From positions 37,290-101,289 of the forward strand of contig DASZMT010000056.1 in the NCBI GenBank assembly GCA_035551495.1: DNA of 64,000 nucleotides, read 5' to 3'. Numbering within the stretch: the first letter of the stretch is position 1; each line of letters starts with the position of its first letter. The DNA is from Rhizomicrobium sp. Its GTDB lineage: Bacteria > Pseudomonadota > Alphaproteobacteria > Micropepsales > Micropepsaceae. The notes under the pieces were generated by a model. That model worked only from the letters and a program-made list of their open reading frames with translations. It ran no database searches and had not been told where the DNA came from. A program made the position numbers and the translations under genes. This document shows positions 27,859-37,578 of this stretch, in pieces.

Positions 27859-28461
27859 TCAGCCCTTCGAAGAAATGCCAAACCACATCGTGTTCCAGGG
27901 CTCCGGCAGTTGCTCGATCAGGTGGAACCCATAACGCTCGTAAAACCGCACCGCGCGTGCGTTGCGCGGCCCCACGCCCAGATGCATCGCCGGCACGCCC
28001 GCGTCCCGCATCGCGCCCAGGAATGTGTCGATCAGCCTTTTGCCCAGCCCAATGCCTTGCATGCGCGGCAGACAATCGATGTGGAGATGCGCGGGATAGG
28101 GCTCGTTGATCCGCCGCGGCGTCTTCGAGGGGTTTCGAATAATGTGCGCCATCCGCGCATCGGCGCCGTCCAAATCGGGATCGAGACTCTCGCGCACGCG
28201 CGGCCACCATTCCGCATCGAGCCGCTTTTCGAAGCGATGCGTATCGCGCGTCCCGATGATGTAAGCACCGACGCCTGCTTCGTCCTGCGCCACCCAGCAT
28301 GTCTGCGGCTCCAGCACGCCATAGGGCGCGGCATAGACGTTCCCGACGATCTTGGGATCGCGATAGAGGTGCGAGGCATCCTGCCCGGCATCGCCGGTCT
28401 TCAGGCAGATGTCGTACAGCGCCTCGAGGTCGTCGGCGCGATAGGGACGAATGGTCGGCAT
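27859..28461 (-). CDS. GNAT family N-acetyltransferase
   Basis: DICLKTGDAG, YAAPY and AHLHIDCLPRMQGIGLG. Confidence 0.9.
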   Translation of the reverse strand: MPTIRPYRADDLEALYDICLKTGDAGQDASHLYRDPKIVGNVYAAPYGVLEPQTCWVAQDEAGVGAYIIGTRDTHRFEKRLDAEWWPRVRESLDPDLDGADARMAHIIRNPSKTPRRINEPYPAHLHIDCLPRMQGIGLGKRLIDTFLGAMRDAGVPAMHLGVGPRNARAVRFYERYGFHLIEQLPEPWNTMWFGISSKG

Positions 28462-28499
28462 CGCGCTAGGATAGCCGCCGCGGCACGAAGGGCAACATC

Positions 28500-29327
28500 A
28501 TGACACTGGCGCAAAAGCTCGGATATGCACCGGACGCCCGGCTGCTGATCGTCAATTGCGACGACATCGGCTCCTCTCACGCCGCCAATGTCGCGAGCGA
28601 GGCGGCGATGCGGCACGGCCTCGCCACCAGCGCGACGCTGATGGTGCCGTGCCCCTGGGCGCGCGAGGCGGTGGAGCGCTTCCACGATCTCGACACCGGC
28701 GTGCATCTGACGCTGACCAGCGAGTACCCCACCTATCGCTGGCGCGGGCTGACCGGCGCGCCCGGCTTGCGCGACGATCAGGGCTTCCTGCCGCGCACCG
28801 CCGAGGCGCTGTGGCAAGCCGACCCGATCGATGTCGAAGCCGAATGCCGCGCCCAGATCGACCAGGCGCTTGCCTGGGGTGTCGACGTCACCCATCTCGA
28901 CAATCACATGGGCACGCTGCAGCTCAACGCGCGGCTGTTCCCGATCTATGTGAAACTGGCGCGCGAGTACCGGCTGCCGTTGCGCATGGCGAGCCAGAGC
29001 GGCGATGCGCGCCTCGGCTTCGGCGGCCGGGCGCAATGCGACGCGGCGGGGGTGCTCTATCCCGATCACTTCGGCTTTCAATGGGGCACCAGGACCGCCG
29101 GCACCTTCGCCCGCTATCTCGACGCGCCGCGTACCGGCGTGCTGGAGACCGTCCTGCACCCCGTCCGGCCCGGCGAAGAACTCGACGCCTACGACCCCAA
29201 GGAAAAATGGATCCGCGAGCACGACGCGGCCGTCGGCGTGGACGATGTGCTGCGGACAAAGCTCGACACCGCCGGCATCGAACGCATCAGCTTCCGCCCG
29301 CTCCGCGACGCGATGCGGGCGCAGTAA
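28500..29327 (+). CDS. YdjC/ChbG-family carbohydrate deacetylase
   Basis: LIVNCDDIG, SATLMVPCPW, GVHLTLTSE and THLDNHMG. Confidence 0.9.
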   Translation: MTLAQKLGYAPDARLLIVNCDDIGSSHAANVASEAAMRHGLATSATLMVPCPWAREAVERFHDLDTGVHLTLTSEYPTYRWRGLTGAPGLRDDQGFLPRTAEALWQADPIDVEAECRAQIDQALAWGVDVTHLDNHMGTLQLNARLFPIYVKLAREYRLPLRMASQSGDARLGFGGRAQCDAAGVLYPDHFGFQWGTRTAGTFARYLDAPRTGVLETVLHPVRPGEELDAYDPKEKWIREHDAAVGVDDVLRTKLDTAGIERISFRPLRDAMRAQ

Positions 29328-29347
29328 AAACAGCTCGCAAGAAATCC

Positions 29348-29445
29348 TATTGTCATTCGCCGCGAATGCGGCGAACCCAGTTGGGTTCTTGACGGTTCCT
29401 GCAAGATGTCACCTGAGTCCGCCGCATTCGCGGCGGATGACAATA
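29348..29445. repeat. REPIN-like inverted REP doublet (TGTCAT-CGCCGC type)
   Basis: tattgtcattcgccgcgaatgcggcgaacccag...gccgcattcgcggcggatgacaata. Confidence 0.88.
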
Positions 29446-29650
29446 GCGTTCAATTCCATAGCTTCATCGCACGGCATCGGCGATGCGCGTCGGCGGCGGT
29501 GCGAAAACGCACGCCACCCTTCCGTCATCATCTGTCCACGCACGAAATGGGTGCGGCGCTTTGTGCGTTAAGCATCGCCTACCCGAACCGGGTCTGGTGG
29601 CGCATGACTTTTTTGATATGGTCGCGCCATTGTAAAGGGGGCGTACCGAA

Positions 29651-30094
29651 ATGAAGAAGATCATCACCGCCGCGGCATTCGCCGCGATGGGCGTAGCCGT
29701 GTCCGGCTGCGCCACTGTCATCGAGGGCACGACACAATCGATCGCCGTGACGTCGATGCCGCGCGCCGGCGCGAAGTGCACGCTGTCGAGTTCGGAAGGC
29801 ACGTACTACGTGACCACGCCGGGCAACGCGATCGTGCACAAGACCAAGAACGACATCGCAGTCGACTGCACGCATGAGGGCTATCAGGACGCGCACGTCG
29901 TCGTCAGCCCGCACTTCAACTACGTGACCTTCGGCAATGCGATCCTCGGCGGCCTGATCGGCGTCGCCGTCGACGCCGCGACGGGCTCGGATTTCAATTT
30001 CCCGAGCGCCGTCAACGTGACGCTGGTGCCCGTACCGGGTGCGGCCGCCATGCCGCAGGAAGAGACCGCGCCGGCCGCCAAGCCCGCGTCTTGA
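29651..30094 (+). CDS. Hypothetical lipoprotein
   Basis: Lipobox VSGC followed by ATVIEGTTQ...GNAILGGLIGVAVDAATG. Confidence 0.8.
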   Translation: MKKIITAAAFAAMGVAVSGCATVIEGTTQSIAVTSMPRAGAKCTLSSSEGTYYVTTPGNAIVHKTKNDIAVDCTHEGYQDAHVVVSPHFNYVTFGNAILGGLIGVAVDAATGSDFNFPSAVNVTLVPVPGAAAMPQEETAPAAKPAS

Positions 30095-30142
30095 GACCGG
30101 ACCGCGAGGGCCTCGCCGCAGCGCCGGCGAGGCTCGCGCGCG

Positions 30143-30664
30143 TCAGTTCACCTTCACGCGTTTCTTCGCCGCCTCGAATCTGCGGTTCATTTCGATGCGC
30201 GCCGCGCCGTCGAAGTGCTTGCGCACGTCGCGCCAGACGTTGCGTTCCTCTTCCTTCACATGGTGCTCGACGAGCTCCTTCAGCACCTTCGCCGCCGCGG
30301 TGAATGCCGGCGACGTCGCGGGCTTGATCGAGGCCAGCTTCTTCAGCGCCATGTCGGCATGGGCGTGCTCGAGATAACCCTCATTGCCGTCGATCTTCGC
30401 CGCCTTGTCGCGCTTGGCGAGGATCGCGTCGTACACCACCTTCTCTTCCGCGCGGGTGTGCGGCACGAGCGCGGCCTTGATCTTCTTCACCAGCGCGCCC
30501 CGCGCCGCGGCGCTCTCGCTGTCGACCAGCTTGGCCAGAAGCTCCTGTACCTCGTCATGCTCCTCCTTGAGCGTGTCGAGAACGTCGCGATCGCCGGGCT
30601 TGTCACGCCCTTGCGGCGCCTTCGCCTTCGCGGTGGAGGACGAGAAGATGTCGAGCAAGGCCAT
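30143..30664 (-). CDS. Hemerythrin-like (HHE) domain protein
   Basis: KEEHDEV, HTRAEEKVVY, EHAHAD and HHVKEEE. Confidence 0.88.
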   Translation of the reverse strand: MALLDIFSSSTAKAKAPQGRDKPGDRDVLDTLKEEHDEVQELLAKLVDSESAAARGALVKKIKAALVPHTRAEEKVVYDAILAKRDKAAKIDGNEGYLEHAHADMALKKLASIKPATSPAFTAAAKVLKELVEHHVKEEERNVWRDVRKHFDGAARIEMNRRFEAAKKRVKVN

Positions 30665-30744
30665 GGCGCGATCCTTTGAGGCGTTCCGACCTCGGCAACG
30701 CGGGCCTCGCGGGATCGGTTCCGAAGGTACGGTTCGGAACCGCG

Positions 30745-31578
30745 TCAGTCCTCGGGCGCGCGCTTCCTGCGGCCGATGCCGAGCTGCTCGCGCCACAGCT
30801 TCGCGGGGATCTCCTCCACCGCGCCTTCGCCGAGGTGTCCGAGATGGAACGGCCCGTATTGCGTGCGGATCAGGCGCGCCACTTTGAGTCCCAGCCGCTC
30901 CATCAGCCGCTTCACTTCGCGGTTCTTGCCTTCCTTCAGCTGCACGCTGGCCCAGGCATAGCGGCCCTTGGCGCGCTCGAGGTCGGCGATCACCGGTCCA
31001 TACTTCACCCCGTCGATCACCATGCCCGTCGCCAGCTTGTCGAGGTCGTCCTGCGTCACCTTGCCGAACAGCCGTGCGCGATAGGTGCGCGTCCAGCCCG
31101 AGGCCGGCAGCTCCAGCCGCCGCGCCACGTCGCCGTCATTGGTCAGCAGCAAGAGGCCTTCGGAGTTGAAGTCGAGCCGCCCCACCGACACCACGCGCGG
31201 CAGGTGCTTGGGCAGGTTCATGAACACGGTCGGCCGCCCCAGCGGGTCCTTGTGCGTCGTGACGAGGCCGTTCGGCTTGTGATAGCGCCACAGCCGCGTC
31301 TGTTCCTTGGCGGCGATCGGCTTGCCGTCGACGCTGATGACGTTGGCCTCGGTCACATTGCGCGCCGGCGAGGTCAGCACCTGGCCGTCGACCTTGACGC
31401 GGCCCTCGGCGATCATCTTCTCGGCGTCGCGGCGCGAGCAGATGCCGGCGCGCGCGATCGCCTTGGCGATGCGCTCGCCGGATTTGGTCTCGGTTTCCGC
31501 GAAGCTTTCGGGCGCCTCCGCGCCGGTCGAGGGCGACCACTTGCCTTTGCTCGTCTTTGCCAATTTAACGTCCGCCAT
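30745..31578 (-). CDS. rluB: 23S rRNA pseudouridine synthase (RluB/RsuA family); start uncertain (31563, 31578 or 31596)
   Basis: S4 domain ERIAKAIARAGICSRR; VGRLDFNSEGLLL; EGKNREVKR. Confidence 0.9.
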   Translation of the reverse strand: MADVKLAKTSKGKWSPSTGAEAPESFAETETKSGERIAKAIARAGICSRRDAEKMIAEGRVKVDGQVLTSPARNVTEANVISVDGKPIAAKEQTRLWRYHKPNGLVTTHKDPLGRPTVFMNLPKHLPRVVSVGRLDFNSEGLLLLTNDGDVARRLELPASGWTRTYRARLFGKVTQDDLDKLATGMVIDGVKYGPVIADLERAKGRYAWASVQLKEGKNREVKRLMERLGLKVARLIRTQYGPFHLGHLGEGAVEEIPAKLWREQLGIGRRKRAPED

Positions 31579-32029
31579 GACCGACGAGGAAGCCATAGCA
31601 CTGGCGCTTCAAGAAGCGCAAAGCGCCGCCGAGCGGGGCGAGGTGCCGGTGGGCGCCGTGCTGCTGGCCGCCGACGGCACGCTGCTGGCCGCCGCCGGCA
31701 ACCGGATCGTGGAGCGGCACGATCCGACGGCCCATGCCGAGATCCTGGCGCTGCGCGAAGCGGCGCAAAAGCTGGGCAACGAGCGCCTCGGCGGCACGTC
31801 TTTATTCGTCTCGCTGGAACCCTGCGCGATGTGCGCCGGCGCGATCAGCCTGGCGCGAGTGGCGCGGCTGGTGTTCGCGGCCGACGATCCCAAAGGCGGC
31901 GCGATCCTGCATGGCCCCAGATTCTTCGAGCAGCCCACCTGCCACCACCGCCCGGCGGTGGCGCGCGCCGGCGATGCGGCGGCGGCGGGTGAGATGTTGA
32001 AGGCGTTCTTCCGGGCGCGGCGGAGTTAG
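31577..32029 (+). CDS. tadA: tRNA adenosine deaminase
   Basis: GEVPVGAV, PTAHAE and LEPCAMCAGA. Confidence 0.92.
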   Translation: MTDEEAIALALQEAQSAAERGEVPVGAVLLAADGTLLAAAGNRIVERHDPTAHAEILALREAAQKLGNERLGGTSLFVSLEPCAMCAGAISLARVARLVFAADDPKGGAILHGPRFFEQPTCHHRPAVARAGDAAAAGEMLKAFFRARRS

Positions 32030-32044
32030 AGCCCAGCTATCAAT

Positions 32045-32127
32045 TTGTCATTCCCGCGAATGCGGGAATCCAGAGCGAGCGGCACTGTGGCTGATCCCCT
32101 GGATGCCCGCCTTCGCGGGCATGACAA
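32045..32127. repeat. REPIN-like element (TGTCATTCCCGCG type)
   Basis: ttgtcattcccgcgaatgcgggaatccag...ctggatgcccgccttcgcgggcatgacaa. Confidence 0.88.
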
Positions 32128-32132
32128 TAAGC

Positions 32133-33212
32133 TCAGTTCACATTCCCGATCTCGACCGCGTCCGACTTGCCCGGCAGCCGCACCACCATCCCGTCATGCG
32201 CCACGCGCACGCCGTCGGGCCGCACGTCGCTCACGCCTTTCAGGAACGCCCGCACCGCGATCTCGTTCGGCAGGATCGGCAGCAGATGCGTGAACACCAA
32301 CAGTTTCGCATGCGCCTCGTTCGCCACCCGCGCCGCATCGACCGGTGCGGTGTGATAGCCTGGGATGTCGTGCATGATCTTTGCCGCGCGCGGCCGCCCC
32401 GCCGCCAGCATCTCGTCGCGCATGATGCCGACCAGCTCCGGCGCCAGCCCCTCATGGACCAGAACGTCGGTGCCGTTCGCGGCGCGCGCCAGATCCTCGT
32501 CGTAGATCGTGTCGCCGCTGATCGTCACGCTGCGCCCGTCGAAGTCGAAGCGGTAGCCGTAAGCCGGATTGGCCGGCTCGTGCTTCACCCGCACGGCGGT
32601 GACCTTCAGGCCGCCGATGTCGAACACTTGCGTCGTCGTCGTGCTCGCGGGGATGACGATCGGCACCGCCACCAGCTTCACCGCATCCGGCGGCAGCATC
32701 GCCGCGCCGTGGTGCTTCACGCGATAGCCGTCGTCGAGCGCATAGGCCTCGTTGAAGCCCGCGACCACCCGCTCGATGCCCGGCGGGCCATAGACCTTGA
32801 GCGGGCTCTTGCGCCCCGCCACCCAGGTCTGCAGCCGCACCTCGGCGAGCCCGCCGATATGATCGGAATGCAGATGCGTGATCAGCACGCCGTCGATCCT
32901 GTCGAGCGGCACGCGCCAGAGCTGCAGGTTGCGCGCGCAATCGATCCCGGCATCGACCAGCCACAGATGCGAGCCCGCCGCGATCATCGTCGACGGCCCG
33001 GCACGCGTCACGTCGGGTAACGGCGTGCCGGTGCCGACCGTCAGCACCGACAGCTCGCCGTCCTCCGCCAGCTTGGCGTCCGGCGTCTGCATCGCGTGGT
33101 GCACAACCTGGCGGAACAGCCACACATCGACCGACGGCATGTGCAGCACGAAGGCGCCCGCCGCCACCAGGGCGACCAGCACGATCGCCGCGATCAAAAG
33201 CCCACGTCTCAT
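32133..33212 (-). CDS. Membrane-anchored MBL-fold hydrolase (RNase Z/AtsA-like)
   Basis: GTGTPLP, LVDAG, THLHSDH, SGDT, DVLVHE and YHT; N-terminal TM helix. Confidence 0.88.
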   Translation of the reverse strand: MRRGLLIAAIVLVALVAAGAFVLHMPSVDVWLFRQVVHHAMQTPDAKLAEDGELSVLTVGTGTPLPDVTRAGPSTMIAAGSHLWLVDAGIDCARNLQLWRVPLDRIDGVLITHLHSDHIGGLAEVRLQTWVAGRKSPLKVYGPPGIERVVAGFNEAYALDDGYRVKHHGAAMLPPDAVKLVAVPIVIPASTTTTQVFDIGGLKVTAVRVKHEPANPAYGYRFDFDGRSVTISGDTIYDEDLARAANGTDVLVHEGLAPELVGIMRDEMLAAGRPRAAKIMHDIPGYHTAPVDAARVANEAHAKLLVFTHLLPILPNEIAVRAFLKGVSDVRPDGVRVAHDGMVVRLPGKSDAVEIGNVN

Positions 33213-33862
33213 CGGCGCTGCAATCCTCTTTGCTTGAGCCGCCACAACAGCACGTCGAGGCGGTCCTGCCCGAAGAACGGCTCACCCTCGAACGCCATGG
33301 TCGGCACCCCCCAATGGCCGGCCGCTTGATGCGCCGCCTGGTTCGCCTGGATGATCGCTTCATACTTTTCGGGATCGGCTTCGATTTTCGCATCGAGCGC
33401 CGCGAGATCGAGACCGGCGCGCGCGCTCGCCTGCGCCAGATGATCGCCTTCGTTCCAGCCGTCGACGGTGCCCGACCAGATCGTGTGGCTCACCTCTTTG
33501 AGGAACGGCAGCCCACATCCCGCCTCCGCCGCCGCACAGCCGAGTCGCGTCAGGCGGTGGATATAAGGCTGCTCCGCCACGCCGGCGCGCGTGACGGGAT
33601 CGACCTTCACCGGATCGGGCCGCGGCCAGCGATAGGGCAGGCCGAGCATCTGGCCCAGCCGCATCGTGTCGCGCATCAGATAGCCGACCCAAAGCGGGTT
33701 CACCTGCGAGAAGAATTCGCCCGAGCGCACGGCGAGCGGATAAACCGGCCGCACCTTCACATCGAGGTCGTATTCCTGCGCCATCTCGCCGAGGCGCGGC
33801 GTCGCAAGATACGAATACGGACTGCGGAACGACCAGAACAGGTCGATGGAAAGCGTCACCAA
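33209..33862 (-). CDS. 2-hydroxychromene-2-carboxylate isomerase / kappa-class GST (DsbA fold)
   Basis: FWSFRSPYSYL and GHWGVPTM..FFGQDRL. Confidence 0.88.
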   Translation of the reverse strand: MVTLSIDLFWSFRSPYSYLATPRLGEMAQEYDLDVKVRPVYPLAVRSGEFFSQVNPLWVGYLMRDTMRLGQMLGLPYRWPRPDPVKVDPVTRAGVAEQPYIHRLTRLGCAAAEAGCGLPFLKEVSHTIWSGTVDGWNEGDHLAQASARAGLDLAALDAKIEADPEKYEAIIQANQAAHQAAGHWGVPTMAFEGEPFFGQDRLDVLLWRLKQRGLQRR

Positions 33863-33980
33863 ACGGCCCCTTATTGACGGCGCGCGCGAACGGTGCCCTA
33901 GTCTGAACCGGAATACAAGTTCGCATTATCCATCAACCATCATGGCCGCCCTCGTGGCGGCCACCTACGATCTCGATGTG

Positions 33981-34122
33981 TCACGCGGAGGCGCGGAGCC
34001 GCGGAGTTCGAGAATCCCTCTGTGTCCTCCGTGTCTCTGTGTGAATCAAAAAAGCAGTTGTCATACAGAGACACAGAGAACACGGAGGCGCGAACCTCCG
34101 CGTTCTCCGCGGCTCCGCGTGA
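33981..34122. repeat. Second REPIN-like doublet built from cRcRgag units
   Basis: Unit 34061-34122 is an approximate reverse complement of unit 33981-34044, with a 16-nt spacer. Confidence 0.75.
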
Positions 34123-34162
34123 GTCCTTATCTGCCGCGGCGTGTGTGAGAAGGGGAATAAGA

Positions 34163-35161
34163 ATGCACTACACCATCCATGGCGGCCTCGGCTCGCCCTA
34201 TTCGATGAAGATCCGCGCGATCTTCCGCTATCGCCGCATCCCTTATGTCTGGCAGCAGGTCGACATGGCGAACCGCGCGATCTTCGCGCACGTCAAGGCG
34301 CCGGTGATCCCGATCGTGGAATTCCCCGACGGCTCCTGGCACAACGATTCCACGCCGCTGCTCTACACGCTGGAGCGCCTGCATGCCGAGCGCTCGATCC
34401 TGCCGCCCGACCCGGTGCAGCACTTCCTCGCCTATCTGCTGGAGGACATGGCCGACGAGTGGGGCACCAAGGCGATGTTCCACTATCGCTGGTACCGCGA
34501 GCGCGATCAGAAACAGATGAGCGAATGGCTCGCCTTCGACCGGCTGAGCGGGCAGGGCCGTGACGCAATCCTCAAGAACGCCGCCGCCTTCCGCACGCGC
34601 CAGGTCGGCCGCATGGCGCTGGTCGGCTGCACGCCCGAAAACGCGCCGATCATCGAGGAAAGCGCCAACCAGATCCTCGCGCTCTTCGAATCCCACGTCA
34701 CCGAGGAGCGCTTCCTGTTCGGCAGCCGCCCTTCGCTCGCCGATTTCGGCTGGATGGGTCAGCTCAGCCAGCTCGCCGTCGATCCGACGCCCGACGATCT
34801 GATGCGCGAGACAGCGCCCTTCACCTTCCGCTGGCTGATGAACCTCGACGACGCCAGCGGCATCGCGGGCGATTGGCGCGATCCGTCCGCACCGCTGCCG
34901 CCGTCGGTGAAGGGTCTGCTGGAAATCGCCGGCCACACATACTTCCCATTCCTCCTCGCCAATGCCGCCGCCTTCGAGAAGAGGCAGGAGACCTTCACCG
35001 TCACGCTCCTCGGCCGCACCTACACCCAAGGCGCTTTCCGCTATCAGCAGCGCTGCCTGTGGGACTTGCGCGAGGCGTATGCCAAGCTCGACGGCGCGGC
35101 GCGCGAACGCATCGATCCGATCCTCAAAGATACCGGCTGTCTCGAACCCCTGAAAGGCTGA
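34163..35161 (+). CDS. Glutathione S-transferase family protein
   Basis: GSPYSMKIR, VIPIVEFPDG, NDSTP and FLFGSRPSLADFG. Confidence 0.88.
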   Translation: MHYTIHGGLGSPYSMKIRAIFRYRRIPYVWQQVDMANRAIFAHVKAPVIPIVEFPDGSWHNDSTPLLYTLERLHAERSILPPDPVQHFLAYLLEDMADEWGTKAMFHYRWYRERDQKQMSEWLAFDRLSGQGRDAILKNAAAFRTRQVGRMALVGCTPENAPIIEESANQILALFESHVTEERFLFGSRPSLADFGWMGQLSQLAVDPTPDDLMRETAPFTFRWLMNLDDASGIAGDWRDPSAPLPPSVKGLLEIAGHTYFPFLLANAAAFEKRQETFTVTLLGRTYTQGAFRYQQRCLWDLREAYAKLDGAARERIDPILKDTGCLEPLKG

Positions 35162-35163
35162 CC

Positions 35164-36747
35164 ATGGGCCGCAAGATCCTGTTCATCACCACCGATCAGC
35201 AGCGCTACGATTCGCTCGGCTGCACCGGCAACATCTTCTGCAAGACGCCGAACATCGACGCGCTGGCGGCGCACGGCCTGAACTATGGTCGCGCCTACAA
35301 CCAGAACACCGTCTGCATGCCGGCGCGCTCCTCGATGCTGACGGGTCAGTACGTCCGCACCCACGGCGTCTTCGCCAACGGCGTGCCGCTGCCCGAAGAC
35401 GCGCCGAGCTTCGCGCAGCACTTGAAGGACAAGGCCGGCTACAAGACCGCGCTGATCGGCAAGGCGCATTTCGAGCCCGCCTTCGATCCGCAGATGAAAT
35501 TCCTCGAAAACCGCCGCCAGCGCGACAACGATTTCGGCCCCTGGCGCGGCTTCGACTATGCGATCCACGCGATGCACACCGCCAGCTTCGCCGGCCGCCC
35601 CGTCGGGCACTATGGCCGCTGGCTGCGCGCGCAGAGCAAAGAGGTGTTCGACGCCTGGCCGCCGCTGCTCAACGCCGCCGGCGGCGGCGACACCGGTGCG
35701 CCCGAGACATCGAACCACCAGATCCCGCGCGGCCTCTATCACACCGACTGGCTCTGCGGCTTGGCGCTCGACTGGCTCGACACGCTCGACAGCGACGACG
35801 ACTGGATGCTGTGGCTGAGCTTCCCCGATCCGCATCATCCCTGGGACCCGCCGGCCGCGGAGAACGCCCGCTGCGACTGGCGCGACCTGCCGCTGCCGGC
35901 CGGCTATCCCGGCTCGCCGGAGAAGATCCGCGAAGTGCTGGCGCGCAAGCCGGCGCATTGGCTCGACTACTACGACGGCAAGTTCATCAACGCCGAGGGC
36001 GGGCCGCAGAATTTCCGCCCGCAGAACCTCACGCCGGACAACATCCGCGAGATCAACGCCAAGGTCCATGTGATGAACGAGCTGATCGACGAGGCGGTCG
36101 GCAAGGTGATGGGCAAGATCGCCGCGCGCGGCTGGAACGACGATACCGATGTGATCTTCACCACCGATCACGGCGAGCTGCAGGGCGATTTCGGCCTCGT
36201 CTACAAGGGCCCGTTCCACACCGACGCGCTGATGCGCCTGCCGTTCCTCTGGCGTCCCGCGCCGAGCGCCAAGATCGCGCCCGCGCACATCGCGCAGCCG
36301 GTCGAGCAGGTCGATATCGCCGCCACCGCCTTCGCCATCGCCGGCCTCGAGCGGCCGGATTGGTGCCAAGGCCGCGCGCTGCCCACCAGCGAGGACGGTT
36401 CGCGCCAGCGCGCGATCTGCGAATGGGACAGCCAATTCCCCGGCTACGGCATGCACTTCCGTTCCATCGTGCGCGACGGTCTCAGCCTGACGCGCTACGA
36501 GCCCTCGACGGCGGGCCAGCCGAACGGCTTGGAGACGCATTTCCCCGCCTATGCCGGCTTCGAGACGCATATCCGCTACGACGGCACCGAGGGCGAGCTC
36601 TACGACCTCGCGAACGACCCGCACCAGTGGGAGAACCTCTGGAACGATCCCAAATGGCAGACGAAGAAGCGCGACCTGATCGCGGACTTGTACGACAACC
36701 TGCCGCCCGAGCGCTCGCCCAAGCTGGAAGTGATGGGCCCGGCGTAA
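35164..36747 (+). CDS. Formylglycine-dependent sulfatase
   Basis: ILFITTDQQR, CMPARSSMLTG (CxPxR), GKAH, PDPHHP and FTTDHG. Confidence 0.93.
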   Translation: MGRKILFITTDQQRYDSLGCTGNIFCKTPNIDALAAHGLNYGRAYNQNTVCMPARSSMLTGQYVRTHGVFANGVPLPEDAPSFAQHLKDKAGYKTALIGKAHFEPAFDPQMKFLENRRQRDNDFGPWRGFDYAIHAMHTASFAGRPVGHYGRWLRAQSKEVFDAWPPLLNAAGGGDTGAPETSNHQIPRGLYHTDWLCGLALDWLDTLDSDDDWMLWLSFPDPHHPWDPPAAENARCDWRDLPLPAGYPGSPEKIREVLARKPAHWLDYYDGKFINAEGGPQNFRPQNLTPDNIREINAKVHVMNELIDEAVGKVMGKIAARGWNDDTDVIFTTDHGELQGDFGLVYKGPFHTDALMRLPFLWRPAPSAKIAPAHIAQPVEQVDIAATAFAIAGLERPDWCQGRALPTSEDGSRQRAICEWDSQFPGYGMHFRSIVRDGLSLTRYEPSTAGQPNGLETHFPAYAGFETHIRYDGTEGELYDLANDPHQWENLWNDPKWQTKKRDLIADLYDNLPPERSPKLEVMGPA

Positions 36748-36760
36748 ATTGCCTTTAAAT

Positions 36761-36786
36761 TGTCATTTCCGCTGTTGCGGGAATAA
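36761..36786. repeat. Degenerate solo REP
   Basis: tgtcatttccgctgttgcgggaataa, immediately before the next REPIN. Confidence 0.5.
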
Positions 36787-36793
36787 CCCATAT

Positions 36794-36884
36794 TGTCATC
36801 CGCCGCGGATGCGGCGGACCCAATTGGGTTTTGCACGCGCGCGCAAGATATCACCTGGGTTCGCCGCATTCGTGGCGAATGACA
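36794..36884. repeat. REPIN-like element (TGTCAT-CGCCGC type)
   Basis: tgtcatccgccgcggatgcggcggaccca...ctgggttcgccgcattcgtggcgaatgaca. Confidence 0.88.
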
Positions 36885-36906
36885 GGGCGGAAAACGGGAG
36901 AAAACC

Positions 36907-37578
36907 ATGTCCTACATCGTCTATGGCGGGGCCGTGTCGCCCTTCGTGCGCAAGGTCCGCATCGCGCTGGCGGAGAAGAACCTGGCCTACACGCTGGACC
37001 AGGTGAACCCTTTCAACCCGCCGCCCGAATTCCTCGCCATCTCGCCGCTCAAGCGCATCCCCGTGCTGCGCGACACCGAGCGGGCAGAGCCCAACACGCT
37101 TCCCGACAGCTCGATCATCATCGACTATCTCGAGCACAAGCACCCGGCGCCGGCGCTCTATCCCGCCGACCCGTTCGAGCGGGGCCGTGCGCTGTGGTAC
37201 GAGGAATATGCCGACTCCGTCCTGGCGCAGAACATCGGCCGCGGCCTGTTCTTCGAGCGCTTCGTCAAGCGCATGATGCGCGGCCAGCCCGACGAGGCGG
37301 TGTGCAGCAAGACGCTCACCGAGGTCCTGCCGCCGCTGTTCGCGCATCTGGAGACCGAGATCGGCGGCAAAGAATTCCTCGCGGGCGACGCCTTCTCGAT
37401 CGCCGATCTGTCGGTCGGCTCGATGCTGGTGAACTTCGCCCATTGCGGCGAGAGCGTCGACGCCGCGCACTATCCGAAGCTCGCGGCCTACACCGCGCGC
37501 ATCCACGCCCGCCCGTCGTTCAAGACGCTGATCGACGAAGAAACCCCGATGGTCAAGCACATTATGAAGGCGGCGTAG
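36907..37578 (+). CDS. Glutathione S-transferase
   Basis: SPFVRKVRIAL, SPLKRIPVL, DSSIIIDYL and FSIADLSV. Confidence 0.92.
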   Translation: MSYIVYGGAVSPFVRKVRIALAEKNLAYTLDQVNPFNPPPEFLAISPLKRIPVLRDTERAEPNTLPDSSIIIDYLEHKHPAPALYPADPFERGRALWYEEYADSVLAQNIGRGLFFERFVKRMMRGQPDEAVCSKTLTEVLPPLFAHLETEIGGKEFLAGDAFSIADLSVGSMLVNFAHCGESVDAAHYPKLAAYTARIHARPSFKTLIDEETPMVKHIMKAA

